Source of the DNA: Amphiscolops sp. MND2022
Taxonomy: Eukaryota
Assembly: GCA_964187785.1 (NCBI GenBank)
Contig: OZ076409.1
Coordinates: 72,914,001 to 72,978,000, forward strand
Reading direction: 5' to 3'
Length of the DNA stretch: 64,000 bases
Below the pieces are notes generated by a model, which was given only the letters and a program-made list of their open reading frames with translations, did not search any database and was not told the origin of the DNA. Shown here piece by piece: positions 22,301 to 36,769 of this stretch; the stretch's first letter is position 1, and each line of letters begins with the position of its first letter. The position numbers were made by a program, and so were the translations under genes.

Positions 22301-25300
22301 CCGTTACCCCTTGTGACCGGAAATGACCGTTATGTGGGTAAAATTGGGATTTTTGTACTTTTTGAAGGGCAATTAGGTGCGGAAGGAGTGGTAATAGGTG
22401 CTTGGACACTATATGATGGAATGGAGGACGTGAGGCGAACATTCAGACATAACCGTTATGTTGACCCTAAAGTCCCCCTGGTACCGTAAACGACCGGAAA
22501 TGGTCAAATTTTGTGTCTATTGGGTACAAATGTTTGGTATTTTGTAAATAAAAGTATCTATTAGGTGTTTCGACGGTCTGCAGTAGTGAACATAGTCATG
22601 AAACCTTGTGGGGGGTAACGGTATATAGCACCGGAAGTCCAAAACGTTAGAGACGGGATAGGTTTTTCCGTTTTAAAATGTCTTTCGGCGTACTTTTGTC
22701 AACTAATATGGAATATTTTTTAAAATTAAAGTTTTTCCATATAGTTTCAGAGACTCCCAAACCTCAAACAACATAACCGTTACCTTATGATAGCCTTTCA
22801 AGTTGGCCTGGTGTCAACTTGGAAGGGCTATCCTTCAAAAATCGTTGATCAAGTGTGTTTTTGGGTATGTTTGAATCATTTTAGAATCAATTAGAGCTTC
22901 AAGAAATGTTTGCCAACGACAAAAACTATGTCGTGATGATTCCGTTATTAGAGTAATAGTTAACAAAATATTGATTAAGTTGATTTTTTACATTTCAAAA
23001 GTGTCCTAAAAGCCAGAAAACCTCTTTACCAAACAAATGGTATTGATTGGATTGTATATAACAGGTAATAAAAGTTCAAATTGATTATTACGTTTTATTA
23101 TGTAAGCTGAAACGTCATATTATAGTTTAATTAACGTCAACGCCACATACTTTACACCAACGCCCACCGTCTGTGGGCATGCCGAGGCATGCCCTTCGAC
23201 GACGTATACCAAATACATTTCATATCTACACCCACCCGCGGTAGCAGCTAGGTGCGGGGGGGTAACCCCAACAAAATTTTTGGAGGATTCGGGTAGGGTC
23301 CTGAATCCGATCTTAGTACCGTCAGCTATCAGTAGAAAATTTCCCTCAAAAACCGGGATCTCGGGAACTAACCGTAGGATTTGAAAGTTCGAGCGGCCCC
23401 CACCAGATTTTCCCAAATAGATCGCCCCCCACCGGGCTCCATACCCCGGAAAATTTTTTTTTGGCCACACGGGCGACTGTTAGGGGGTCATTTTAGGGGT
23501 AAAATTCATATTGGTCCATATAACTTTTTTTCTGTTGGTTTAAAAGTTTGGGAACCCTACTAAAGGTTTTTCGACCATGTTGCAAGGGCTCCGGAGGTGC
23601 AAACCAAATTTTTCTATCTTGAAGCTATCTCCAAGTACCCCCCCGCTCAAACCGTTATTTTTCCGGAAACGCAGGTTTTTGACCCGGAAGGAGTCGTCTG
23701 AGCGCGGGGTCGTTAGGTGATGTTTTGGGGACGGCCTTGAGACGAAGTGGGGGACATGTAGTTTGCCAACCTCAGTTTACCCCCCGGACGGGAAATGACC
23801 GTTATATCAGCGGGAAAAATGCCCCCCTCCACGTTTTACCGCTATTTCCGGTGTGAAGGAGTGGGAGTAGCTCGTCGGGTGCCATATATCAAAAGTAGGT
23901 TCAGACAAGGACCTATCGGAAACATGTGGTTTGGGACCCCCTGACCCAACCCGTTAGCGGGAAATGGGGCTTCCGCCTCCTTTTTTTACGGTTAAAAACG
24001 GAAAATGGGCATTGAGGGATAAATATCTCGTGAACGCGTGGAGCTACGGTGTCCTTCACTACTACAAGGTTTCATACCCATGATATGGTGCCTTCAGGGG
24101 GGCAAACAGATTTCCGCTATCTATCACCGTTACGGACTTGGCCCCCCCAGCCTAACCGCTATGTGACCGGAAATGTCACTTTTTGAGCCCAAAGGGTCGG
24201 TCCCAGCCAGGGAACGTTAGATAACTTATTGTAGTACTCATTGAGACGAGTTGGGGGACATAGTTTCAGTCACCCCCGTTACCCCTTGGGACCGGAAATG
24301 ACCGTTATGTGGGTAAAATTGGGATTTTTGTACTTTTTGAAGGGCAATTAGGTGCGGAAGGAGTGGTAATAGTTGCTTGGACACTATATGATGGAAGGGA
24401 GGACGTGAGGCGAACATTCGGACATAACCGTTATGTTGACCCTAAAGTCCCCCTGGTACCGTAAACGACCGGAAATGGTCAAATTTTGTGTCTATTGGGT
24501 ACAAATGTTTGGTATTTTGTAAATAAAAGTATCTATTAGGTGTTTCGACGGTCTGCAGTAGTGAACATAGTCATGAAACCTTGTCGGGGGGTAACGGTAT
24601 ATAGCACCGGAAGTCCAAATCGTTAGAGACGGGATAGGTTTTTTCGTTTTAAAATGTCTTTCGGCGTACTTTTGCCAACTAATATGGAATATTTTTTAAA
24701 ATTAAAGTTTTTCCATATAGTTTCAGAGACTCCCAAACCTCAAACAACATAACCGTTACCTTATGATAGCCTTTCAAGTTGGCCTGGTGTCAACTTGGAA
24801 GGGCTATCCTTCAAAAATCGTTGATCAAGTGTGTTTTTGGGTATGTTTGAATCATTTTAGAATCAATTAGAGCTTCAAGAAAAATTTGCCAACGACAAAA
24901 ACTATGTCGTGATGATTCCGTTATTAGAGTAATAGTTAACAAAATGTTGATAAAGTTGATTTTGTACATTTCAAATGTGTCCTTTATGCCAGAAAACCTT
25001 TTTACCAAACTAATGATATTGATTGAATTGTATATAACAGGTAATAAAAGTTCAAATTGAATATTACGTTTCATTTTGTAAGCTGAAACGTGATATTATA
25101 GTTTAATTAACGTCAACGCCACATACTTTACATCAACGCCCACCGTCTGTGGGCATGCCGAGGCATGCCCTTCGACGACGTATACCAAACAACCTCCATA
25201 TCTACACCCTAACCGCGGTAGCAGCTAGGTGCGGGGGGGTAACCCCAACAAAGATATTGGAGGATTCGGGTAGGGTCCTGAATCCGATCTTAGTACCGTC

Positions 25301-27204
25301 AGCTATCAGTAGAAAATTTCCCTCAAAAACCGGGATCTCGGGAACTAACCGTAGGATTTGAAAGTTGGAGCGGCCCCCACCAGATTTTCCCAAATAGATC
25401 GCCCCCCACCGGGCTCCATACCCCGGAAAATTTTTTTTTGGCCACACGGGCGACTGTTAGGGGGTCATTTTAGGGGTAAAATTCATATTGGTCCATATAA
25501 CTTTTTTTCTGTTGGTTTAAAAGTTTGGGAACCCTACTAAAGGTTTTTCGACCATGTTGCAAGGGCTCCGGAGGTGCAAACCAAATTTTTCTATCTTGAA
25601 GCTATCTCCAAGTACCCCCCCGCTCAAACCGTTATTTTTCCGGAAACGCAGGTTTTTGACCCGGAAGGAGTCGTCTGAGCGCGGGGTCGTTAGGTGATGT
25701 TTTGGGGACGGCCTTGAGACGAAGTGGGGGACATGTAGTTTGCCAACCTCAGTTTACCCCCCGGACGGGAAATGACCGTTATATCAGCGGGAAAAATGCC
25801 CCCCTCCACGTTTTACCGCTATTTCCGGTGTGAAGGAGTGGGAGTAGCTCGTCGGGTGCCATATATCAAAAGTAGGTTCAGACAAGGACCTATCGGAAAC
25901 ATGTGGTTTGGGACCCCCTGACCCAACCCGTTAGCGGGAAATGGGGCTTCCGCCTCCTTTTTTTACGGTTAAAAACGGAAAATGGGCATTGAGGGATAAA
26001 TATCTCGTGAACGCGTGGAGCTACGGTGTCCTTCACTACTACAAGGTTTCATACCCATGATATGGTGCCTTCAGGGGGGCAAACAGATTTCCGCTATCTA
26101 TCACCGTTACGGACTTGGCCCCCCAGCCTAACCGCTATGTGACCGGAAATGTCACTTTTTGAGCCCAAAGGGTCGGTCCCAGCCAGGGAACGTTAGATAA
26201 CCTATTGTAGTACTCATTGAGACGAGTTGGGGGACATAGTTTCAGTCACCCCCGTTACCCCTTGGGACCGGAAATGACCGTTATGTGGGTAAAATTGGGA
26301 TTTTTGTACTTTTTGAAGGGCAATTAGGTGCGGAAGGAGTGGTAATAGTTGCTTGGACACTATATGATGGAAGGGAGGACGTGAGGCGAACATTCGGACA
26401 TAACCGTTATGTTGACCCTAAAGTCCCCCTGGTACCGTAAACGACCGGAAATGGTCAAATTTTGTGTCTATTGGGTACAAATGTTTGGTATTTTGTAAAT
26501 AAAAGTATCTATTAGGTGTTTCGACGGTCTGCAGTAGTGAACATAGTCATGAAACCTTGTCGGGGGGTAACGGTATATAGCACCGGAAGTCCAAACCGTT
26601 AGAGACGGGATAGGTTTTTTCGTTTTAAAATGTCTTTCGGCGTACTTTTGTCAACTAATATGGAATATTTTTTAAAATTAAAGTTTTTCCATATAGTTTC
26701 AGAGACTCCCAAACCTCAAACAACATAACCGTTACTTTATGATAGCCTTTCAAGTTGGCCTGGTGTCAACTTGGAAGGGCTATCCTTCAAAAATCGTTGA
26801 TCAAGTGTGTTTTTGGGTATGTTTGAATCATTTTAGAATCAATTAGAGCTTCAAGAAAAATTTGCCAACGACAAAAACTATGTCGTGATGATTCCGTTAT
26901 TAGAGTAATAGTTAACAAAATGTTGATAAAGTTGATTTTGTACATTTCAAATGTGTCCTTTATGCCAGAAAACCTTTTTACCAAACTAATGATATTGATT
27001 GAATTGTATATAACAGGTAATAAAAGTTCAAATTGAATATTACGTTTCATTTTGTAAGCTGAAACGTGATATTATAGTTTAATTAACGTCAACGCCACAT
27101 ACTTTACATCAACGCCCACCGTCTGTGGGCATGCCGAGGCATGCCCTTCGACGACGTATACCAAACACCCTCCATATCTACACCTTAACCGCGGTAGCAG
27201 CTAG
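13372..27204 (+). repeat. U10-U16, seven tandem near-identical long units, family L-b (1975-1977 bp each)
   Basis: Units start at 13372, 15348, 17324, 19299, 21276, 23252, 25229; 20-mers at 15270, 17246, 19222, 21198, 23175, 25151, 27127; hairpin B e.g. 14884-14927. Confidence 0.95.
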
Positions 27205-29179
27205 GTGCGGGGGGGAAACCCCAACAAAATTTTTGGAGGATTCGGGTAGGGTCCTGAATCCGAGTTCAGTGCTGCCAGCTTTCGTTAAGAAAATTTGGAT
27301 AGGATTCGGGATCTCGTGATCTAACCATAGGATTTTAAAGTTGGAGCGGCCCCCACCAGATTTTCCGAAAATTAGCGCCCCCCACCGGGTTCCAGACCCC
27401 GGAAAATTTTTTTCTGGCCACACGGGCGACCGTTAGGGGGTCATTTTAGGGGTAAAATTCATATTGGGCCACATAACTTTTTTTCTGTTGATTTAAAACT
27501 TTGGGACCCTGCTAAAAGTTTCTTGACCGTGTTGCAAGGGCTCCGGAGGTCCAAACCAAATTTTTCTATCTTGAAGCTATCTCCAAGTACCCCCCCGCCC
27601 AAAACGTTATTTTTCCGGAAACGCAGGTTTTTGACCCGGAAGGAGTCGTCGGAGCGCGGGGTCGTTAGGTGATGTATTGGGGACGGCCTTGAGACGAAGT
27701 GGGGGACATGCAGTTTGCCAACCCCAGTTTACCCCCCAGACGGGAAATGACCGTTATATGAGCGGCAAAAATGTCCCCCTCCACGTTTTACCGCTATTTC
27801 CGGTGTGAAGGAATGGGAGTAGCGCGTCGGGTGCCATATATCAAAAGTAGGTTTAGACAAGGATCTATCGGAAACATGTGGTTTGGGACCCCCTAGACCA
27901 ACCCGTTAGCAAAAAATGGGGCTTCCGGCCCGTTTTTTTACGGTTAAAAACGGAAAATGGGCATTGAGGGGTAAATATCTCGTGAACGCGTGGAGCTACG
28001 GTGTCCTTCACTACTTCAAGGTTTCATACCCATGATATGGTGCCTTCAGGGGGGCAAACAGATTTCCGCTATCTATCACCGTTACGGACTTGGCCCCCCA
28101 GTCTAACCGTTAAGTGACCGGAAATGTCATATTTTGAGCCCAAAGGGTCGGTCCCAGCCAGGGAACGTTAGGTAACTTATTGTAGTACTCATTGAGACGA
28201 GTTGGGGGACATAGTTTCAGTCACCCCCCGTTACCCCTTGTGACCGGAAATGACCGTTATGTGGGTAAATTTGCCATTTTTGTCCTATTTGAAGGGCATT
28301 TAGACGCGGAAGGAGTGGTAACAGGTGCTTGGACACTATATGAGGTAAGGGAGGACGTGAGACGAGCATTCGAAAATAACCGTTATGTTGACCCCAAAGT
28401 CCCCCTGGTACCGGAAGTGACCGGAAATTGTCAAATTTTGTGTTTTTAGGGTACAAATGTTTAGTGTTTTATGGATTAAAGTACAGGTTAGGTGTTTTCA
28501 CGGTCTGCAGTAGTCAACATAGTCATGAAACATTGTGGGGGGTTACGGTATATAGCACCGGAAGACGAAAACGTTGGAGAGATGTTAGGTTTTTTGGTTT
28601 TAAAATGTCTTTCGGCGTACTTTTGTCCACTATTATGAACTATTTTTGAAAGTTAAAGTTTTTCCATATAGTTTCAGAGACTCCCAAACCTCAACCAACA
28701 TAACCGTTACATTTTGATAGCCTTTCAAGTTGGCCTGGTGTCAACTTGGAAGGGCTATCCTTCAAAAATCGTTAATCAAGTGTGTTTTTGGGTATGTTTG
28801 TATCATTTTAGAATCAATTAGAGCTTCAAGAACAGTTTGCCAACGACAAAAACTATGTCGTGATGATTCCGTTATTAGAATACTTGTTAACAAAGTTTTA
28901 AAAACGTTGATTTTTTACATTTCAAATATGTCCTAAATGCCAGAAAACCTCTTTACCAAACAAATGGTATTGATTGAATTGTATATAGCAGCTAATAAAA
29001 GTTCAAATTGAATATTACGTTTCATTTTGGAAGCTGAAACGTCATTTTATAGTTTCATTAACGTCAACGCCACATACTTTACATCAACGCCCACCGTCCG
29101 TAGGCATGCCGAGGCATGCTTTTCGACGACGTATACCAACTTCCTTTAACACAACACCCTCGAGCGCGGTAGCAGCTAG
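27205..29179 (+). repeat. U17, long unit, family L-c (1975 bp)
   Basis: Head shared with U21/U23; variant 20-mer AGGCATGCCGAGGCATGCTT at 29102-29121. Confidence 0.9.
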
Positions 29180-31370
29180 GTGGAGGTTATTTTATAATAA
29201 TTAAAGTGTTTTTTTCCGGAGTTTGTGGCTTTGGAAAAAACAAAAGGCGAGAAATTGGGCACTCCGGGCTGAACCGTATACACTCAAAATTCGCCCAATA
29301 TTTATACGATCTCGAAACCCAGCCGTACGATTTGGCTGAAAATTTGCATGCGGCTAAAAAATCAGATTCTAAGAACTATTTCCTGCTGACATTTTTTTGA
29401 AATTTTTGTGTACGTTTCCCCCCCGCCCCCTAAAGGGGTCAATTTTCCCCAATTTTGCACTTATGAGTCAAATTCTCAAAACTGGTGGATCTGAGCGTAT
29501 TCCCAGCGGGGACAACTTTTAACAAGCGCTCTTCAGTAGACCTTTTTGACTTTTTACTTTGGTGGTAGGTTCACCCCCCAAGGAGGAAATGGCGTTTTTG
29601 TGACTTCCGGTCGAGACTTTTTTCACCCAAAAAATTGAAATAAGCCAGTTTTGAGCAGGAAGGAGTGGATTTGAAGTGTCTGTACCCTGCTAAAAATTTG
29701 TTGGGCTTGTAGCGATATATCTCATACCAAGTCTGGTTTTCATCCCCAAACCCCCCTTGAGACCAAAATTCAAACAAACATTTTACCTCTATTTGTCGTT
29801 TTTTTCACAAAATGTCGTCATTTCTATCGGCAAAGATTTGAATTAGGGGCTCCTAATAGCGTACCAAAGTTCAAGTACACTTGGAGTGCAATTGAGTGAC
29901 CCTTTTTGGGCCTCTCGTGTGTTCGGCAATGACCGGAAGTGGTATAAACCCCCCTTTTTTGACGTTTGTTGACCTTGAGACTCGCGCTTAGATGACGTTT
30001 GTGTCGCGCAAATCCTACAAACCAGTATTAGGATGACATGCTAGCCAACTAGAGAGCAATAAGGGAAACTATACTATACCGGAAGTAACCCCCTCTTGAC
30101 CGGAAGTTGTCATTTTTGACCGGAAATGGTCCAAAACCTAGCGTGAAAGCAGTTTTTCATTGCTTTTAATGTCAACTTAATACTTTTTTCACTCTGCGCG
30201 AGCTTGCCTTCAGGTCCGTTAGTGTTGCCCGTGCACACTGCAACAAATATACATCTGTAAAGATTTGGCTATAATTTCGTCGGAGAGAGAAATAACGGAT
30301 TTTTGTGATTTTTTTTCAAAAATATTAGTCTTTATCTGTCATTTTTACTCAACGTTATTGAACAGTAGAACCACAGGTGTTAGTCTCTGCACAAATATAT
30401 GTCTAACAAAAGCACTTGTTCCATTGGTTGCAGTTTGAGCGATCTAGTTTTGCCTCGTCACAAGTTAGGGGACTTGAAAAACTTTCAAAATCTTTTCCGA
30501 ACTTTTTTCTAAACGTCACGTCTCTCAAAGTTAAGAAACTTCCTCACAACTAGGACTGCAAGTGAATGCATGTGGTAAGACCTATAAATGGAGAGAAAAA
30601 CTCCGTTTAGGACGTCTCTTTATCTTAACGTGACGCTAAGAGATGTTGCTTTGAATGTGAGTTTGATAATGCGTCGAGAAGTAAAAGCGTGTAAATGGAA
30701 CCTTTGTCTCGATAAATACTCATTGCACAACACGCGATGAACCCCAATTACCCTCAGTTTCAGTTGTTTAGTACATCAACGTCTTCCAAAGACCTTTTAT
30801 CTATTTTGAAAAGTGTCGAAATCAATATTGATATCAGTTATCATGAAACACTTGAGTACATTCTCATCTCTCCCCATCGGGTGAGATGAGAATGTTCTTG
30901 CTAAAAGCCAGGTACTACGGCTCCCTTTTGTTTTAATACGATGCATTCTCTGCTTTAGCACATATATATTTTATTTCGCCTGATTGCTTGTATACTCTCT
31001 GACTTGTTGTTATAAATCTCTCGTCATTACTTTACATAAATATACAACCAAAAATCATTATCGTCAACGCCACATACATTTAGACGCCCACCATTCCGTA
31101 GGTATGTCGAGGCATACCTTTCGATTACGTATGTCAAAACGCAAACGCGATAAAAAGTGCTGAAAGTCTGAAACAGTGACAAACAATTTAGACTATTTGA
31201 CATATGGTAGGTTTTAATATGGGAGTTACACATCACTGACATTTCACATCATTCCAGCTGACGCCCACATACCAACATCAACGCCCACCGTCCGTGGGCA
31301 TGCCGAGGCATGCCCTTCGACGACGTATGCCAATTTCTGCATATCTACACTCAATTGCGGTAGCAGCTAG
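29180..31370 (+). repeat. U18, composite unit H1 (2191 bp)
   Basis: Paralog of U5; decayed 20-mer 31100-31119, intact 20-mer 31296-31315. Confidence 0.88.
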
Positions 31371-32760
31371 GTGGTTGGGGCGGTCCCCAGAACGCACAAG
31401 GAGGCGCGGGGAGGGTCCTGCGCCGACGTAGAATAATTTCATATAATACTAGTATCCTACATGGGTGTTTTAGAGGCGATTTTGGAATCTAACCGTAGGA
31501 TTTGGATAATTTTTTGCATGCGGCCATAACTCGAAATTCTAAGAACTTTTTCCTTCTGTCATTTTCCCCGCAAATTGTTTTTTGTTGACTTATGGCCGAA
31601 AAACCGGAAATAACGTCCTTTTTAGACGTTATATCCGAAGTGTCGTCATAACTTTTTTCCAGGGCATGCTAGCGTTCTCGTTCACTTTTACACTTAGTTG
31701 CAGCATCTCAAAATACAACTGGTGGAAAATTTTGGTTGCATTCGGATCACCCCCCACCGAGATAGAAGGGTTCCCCCCTCCAGTTTTACCCCCCAAATTT
31801 GCAAAATAGCCAATTTTGAGCATGAAGCCGAGGATTTAGCGTACCCGCACCCCCCTGATGTTTTGTTGTACGTATTGGGGTCAATCTGATGACATGTGTG
31901 GTTTTCACCCCCAACCCCCCCTTGGACCGGAAATGACACTTTTTTGTGTTTTTTGGCAGAATTTAGCCTTTTTCATTATTAGAAAGTCGTTTTAGGGACT
32001 CCTAGCAGGATATCGAAATTGAAATACAACCTGATCACAACCCAGTGACAACATGTTGGCCACTTGGAGGTATCATCATGACCGGAAGTGGGGTCAACCC
32101 CCCTTTTTGTGACCGCTTTTTGACCTTGTGCACCAAAAATGCCAACATCTTGAGGCCTAATGAGGCATTCAAATCTGTACAAAGATAAAATGTTAGACAA
32201 CCGAAGTCCCGGAAGATCTTTAGCATATACCGGAAATTACCCCCCATGACCGGAAGTTACCCAATGTGACCGGAAATGGTCCAAAAATTAATGTAAAGTT
32301 GAATTTTTCACTATTTCAAGACCACTTAATTGAAACTTTTCAATCTCAAAACTAGCGTACTGGCTTGTTTTGCTGAATTTATGGAAATTGATGAGCTCTA
32401 TTGCCCCCGATAGCCTTCGAAGTTGACCTTGCGTCAACTTTGGAGGCTATCGATAAAGAAAAATGAACAACAAAGTACATTGTTGCTCTCGTTTTTTTCC
32501 CGTTGTTTTTCCTCAAACATTCTTGAGACATATACATGGCCGTTAGTTGAAATCAATATTTAGCCCATGTTATAGCTGGAGCAGCGAAACGTTACACAGA
32601 CTAGTGTGGTTTTGAAATCACACTATTTAAATTAACAACTGACCGTCTTAGTCAACTCCACACATTCATACCAACGCCCACCGTCTGTGGGCATGCCGAG
32701 GCATGCCCTTCGACGACGTATGACGAATCCACTCCAACGACACCCGCAGTCCTCAGCTAG
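31371..32760 (+). repeat. U19, divergent hairpin-B unit L-d (1390 bp)
   Basis: Hairpin B variant 32409-32451, 20-mer 32689-32708; body partly homologous to the 5' half of U5/U18. Confidence 0.88.
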
Positions 32761-34776
32761 GTGGGCGGGGAAATTTCACCCCGTTTGTATTCGGCCGACG
32801 GGTAGGGTCCTGGCGGCCGACGATCCGCCTTAAGCTAGCGGTATGTAGCAGAAATTGCAAAAAAAAGACCTAAAATTTAATCTAACCATTAGAATTTGCT
32901 CAAAATTTGCATGCGGCCCTCAAATCCTATTGCAAGACGAAGTTCCTGCTGACGCTAAGCGTTCTATAAACTTTATAAAAAGTTATGGTCAATTTTTTGT
33001 TCAAAATTTCAACATTTTTGGGAAATTTCTAATTTTTCACCTAATATCTCAAAATGTGTTAATTTTTGGACTTTGACTGTGGAACAAGCTTGGAACCTTC
33101 ATTTTGTGGCTGTGGCATTGCACTGAACACAAAAGATGTAAAGTTTTTACATTTTTCGAAAATTCGAGATTTTTGAAATTTTTTTCACTACTATCAGTAC
33201 CCCATATGTCAAAAACACATCAGAAAAAAATTTTTATTTGATTTAAATTGGAAACCTTGGTATCCATGGTTTCTGTCGGAACCTACTCGCTGCCAAACAC
33301 CCAACAGTTTGCATCCAGTGTGAATTTAAAATTTTTTTCGAGGTCTTAGGTGTTTCACAAGGATTTCTCAACTTGGTTTTAATTTACAAATTGGTCATTT
33401 TGAACACAATATTTTCATCGAGGCTTGTCGGCTATAGTCTTAATGTTATAGAACGGTCCCACTGGCAACGTAGGAACCATTTATAGTAATAGAAAGTTTT
33501 AAAAAAAATATTTTCACCCGGTCTTCAGTCATTTTTCAGTCATTCGGAACTTAACATAGAAAAATTTCGACACAAAAACCCATTTTGTGTCAGGTCGAAA
33601 ATTCAAATTCAACTATTGAAGTAAAATTATTTACTCTGACGTAACCAGTGGGGCCCATGATACACAAAAACACGAATGGGACTGATACCAGTGGCTCCAA
33701 TAACATATGAGTCGGGATAAGACGTTATTCAGAGCTAAACCTCTAAATCGGAGTAAACATCTCGGAAGCCCGGGATCACAGTGAAATGTGAGATCACCAA
33801 AAGTTTACATATTTTTGTCAATTAGTATGTACACAGAGTGCATAGGATGAGTTTCAGCACTATAATGAGGTTTTTGAAGTAATCGGCCTGCTCAAGGGGG
33901 TGTATGAGACATTTTTTTCCCATATAGTACTGTATTTTCCAAAATTTTTAGCCCATTATCTCAAAAACCTAACTTCGCAAAATGCTTTCAATTACTTTAT
34001 TCTAAGGTTAGAATAAGAATGAACACTGTGGTTGATCAGAACCTCTCAGTTTTTTTGTTTTCCGAAATAATACTTTCGCATGGGTTACATTTATGGCGGA
34101 AAAAAAAGCAGAAGCTAAAAAATACGCTATTTTGCTAAGATAGAAACGCGATGATTGTGCCTAAATACCCTTTAAATACTTCTAACGCAACCTTATGGAT
34201 CCAATATGATTGGAAATACCGTTCACAGTCCTCACATGTACTCTTTCTACAATCCAGACTGCACATTTTTTGAAAATTTTACATGTAGCTTCAAACTGAA
34301 TCTTGTGATAGCCTTTTAAGTTGGCCTTGTGTCAACTTGGGAAGGCTATCACCACAAAAAACTATAAACAAAAGTACCATTTATTAATTGGATTTTGCTG
34401 TCGATGCCTATTTTCGTAATTCAATCCTATCGTTAGATCCTTCCATCAGGTCAGCTAACGATTGCTTTCAGTGTTTGATAAGAATGTATTTGATAAGAAT
34501 GTATGAACTTGAAGACAATTCTCTTTTTTTGTTTACAAAAATTAAAAACAAATATTTAAAAAAACTTAATTGAAACCACTAGGAAGTATAACTTCTATAT
34601 TTTCTACCGTTATCATCCCCAGCCATCCCCTACGTCCTCGCAATGTATGTCCTTATTACAACGCCGCGTCACATAGCGTTCCGACGCCCATAGTCTGTGG
34701 GCATGCCGAGGCATGCCCTTCGACGACGTCTGCCAAAAATAGCGCCCTCCGCGGTCACTACCGCGGTAGCAGCTAG
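32761..34776 (+). repeat. U20, divergent hairpin-B unit L-e with unique interior (2016 bp)
   Basis: Head hairpin 32791-32820, hairpin B 34307-34350, 20-mer 34699-34718. Confidence 0.88.
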
Positions 34777-36769
34777 GTGCGGGGGGGAAACCCCAACAAA
34801 ATTTTTGGAGGATTCGGGTAGGGTCCTGAATCCGAGTTCAGTGCTGCCAGCTTTCGTTAAGAAAATTTGGATAGGATTCGGGATCTCGTGATCTAACCAT
34901 AGGATTTTAAAGTTGGAGCGGCCCCCACCAGATTTTCCGAAAATTAGCGCCCCCCACCGGGTTCCATACCCCGGAAAATTTTTTCTGGCCACACGGGCGA
35001 CCGTTAGGGGGTCATTTTAGGGGTAAAATTCATATTGGGCCACATAACTTTTTTTCTGTTGATTTAAAACTTTGGGACCCTGCTAAAAGTTTCTTGACCG
35101 TGTTGCAAGGGCTCCGGAGGTCCAAACCAAATTTTTCTAGCTTGAAGCTATCTCCAAGTACCCCCCCGCCCAAAACGTTATTTTTCCGGAAACGCAGGTT
35201 TTTGACCCGGAAGGAGTCGTCTGAGCGCGGGGTCGTTAGGTGATGTTTTGGGGACGGCCTTGAGACGAAGCGGGGGACATGTAGTTTGTCAACCTCAGTT
35301 TACCCCCCGGACAGGAAATGACCGTTATATGAGCGGGAAAATTGCCCCCCTCCACGTTTTACCGCTATTTCCGGTGTGAAGGAGTGGGAGTAGCGCGTCG
35401 GGTGCCATATATCAAAAGTAGGTTTAGACAAGGACCTATCAGAAACATGTGGTTTGGGACCCCCTGGACCAACCCGTTAGCGGGAAATGGCGCTTCCGCC
35501 TCCTTTTTTTACTGCTAAAACCGTAAAATGGGCATTGAGGGGTATATATCTCGTGAACGCGTGGAGCTACGGTGTCCATCACTACTACAAGGTTTCATAC
35601 CCATGATATGGTGCCTTCAGGGGGGCAAACAGATTTCCGCTATCTATCACCGTTACCGACTTGGCCCCCCAGTCTAACCGCTATGTGACCGGAAATGTCA
35701 CTTTTTAAGCCCAAAGGGTCGGTCCCAGCCGGGGAACGTTAGGTAACTTATTGTAGTACTCATTGAGACGAGTTGGGGGACATAGTTTCAGTCACCCCCC
35801 GTTACCCCTTGGGACCGGAAATGACCGTTATGTGGGTAAAGTTGCGATTTTTGTACTTTTTGAAGGGCAATTAGGTGCGGAAGGAGTGGTAATAGGTGCT
35901 TGAACACTATATGATGGAAGGGAGGACGTGAGGGGAGCGTTCGGAAATAACCGTTATGTTGACCCCAAAGTCCCCCCGGTACCGTAAACGACCGGAAATG
36001 GTCAAATTTTGTGTTTTTAGGGTACAAATGATTAGAATTTTATGGAAAAAAGTACCTGGTCGGTGTTTCAACGGCTTGCAGTAGTGAACATAGTCATGAA
36101 ACCTTGTGGGGGGTAACGGTATATAGCACCGGAAGTCCAAACCGTTGGAGACAGGATAGGTATTTTGGTTTTAAAATGCCTATAAGCGTACTTTTGTGGG
36201 TTGAATCGTTTCAATATCGACTAATTTGGATATTTTTTGGACATTGAAGGTTTTTTCAATAGTTTCAGGGACCTCCAATGCTTCAATCAACATAACCGTT
36301 ACCTTATGATAGCCTTTCAAGTTGGCCTGGTGTCAACTTGGAAGGGCTATCCTTCGAAAATCGTAATTCAAGTGTGTTTTTGAGTACGTTTTTATTACTT
36401 TAATATCTATTAGAGCCTAATCATTAGTTTGCCAACGACAAAAACTATGACGTGATGATACCGTTAGTAGAAGAATAGTTAACAATTTGTTGACAAAATT
36501 GATTTTTTGCATTTTAAATGTTTCCTAAATGCCGGGAAAACAATTTATCTAATGAATGGTACTGATTGAACCCAAGTATCATTTGAAAAAAAGTTAAACA
36601 TTGTTTTTTCGTTTCATTATGGAAGCTGAAACCTCACGTTTTAGATCACTTAACGTCAACGCCACATACTTTACATCAACGTCCGCCGTCTGTGGGCATG
36701 CCGAGGCATGCCCTTCGACGACGTATACCAATTACATATATATCTACACCCACCCGCGGTAGCAGCTAG
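34777..36769 (+). repeat. U21, long unit with L-c head (1993 bp)
   Basis: Hairpin B 36308-36351, 20-mer 36694-36713. Confidence 0.9.

Noticed and set aside
13372..27204. rDNA, 5S, histone or tRNA tandem gene repeat
   Set aside because: No recognisable rRNA, tRNA or histone sequence in the 1976-bp unit.
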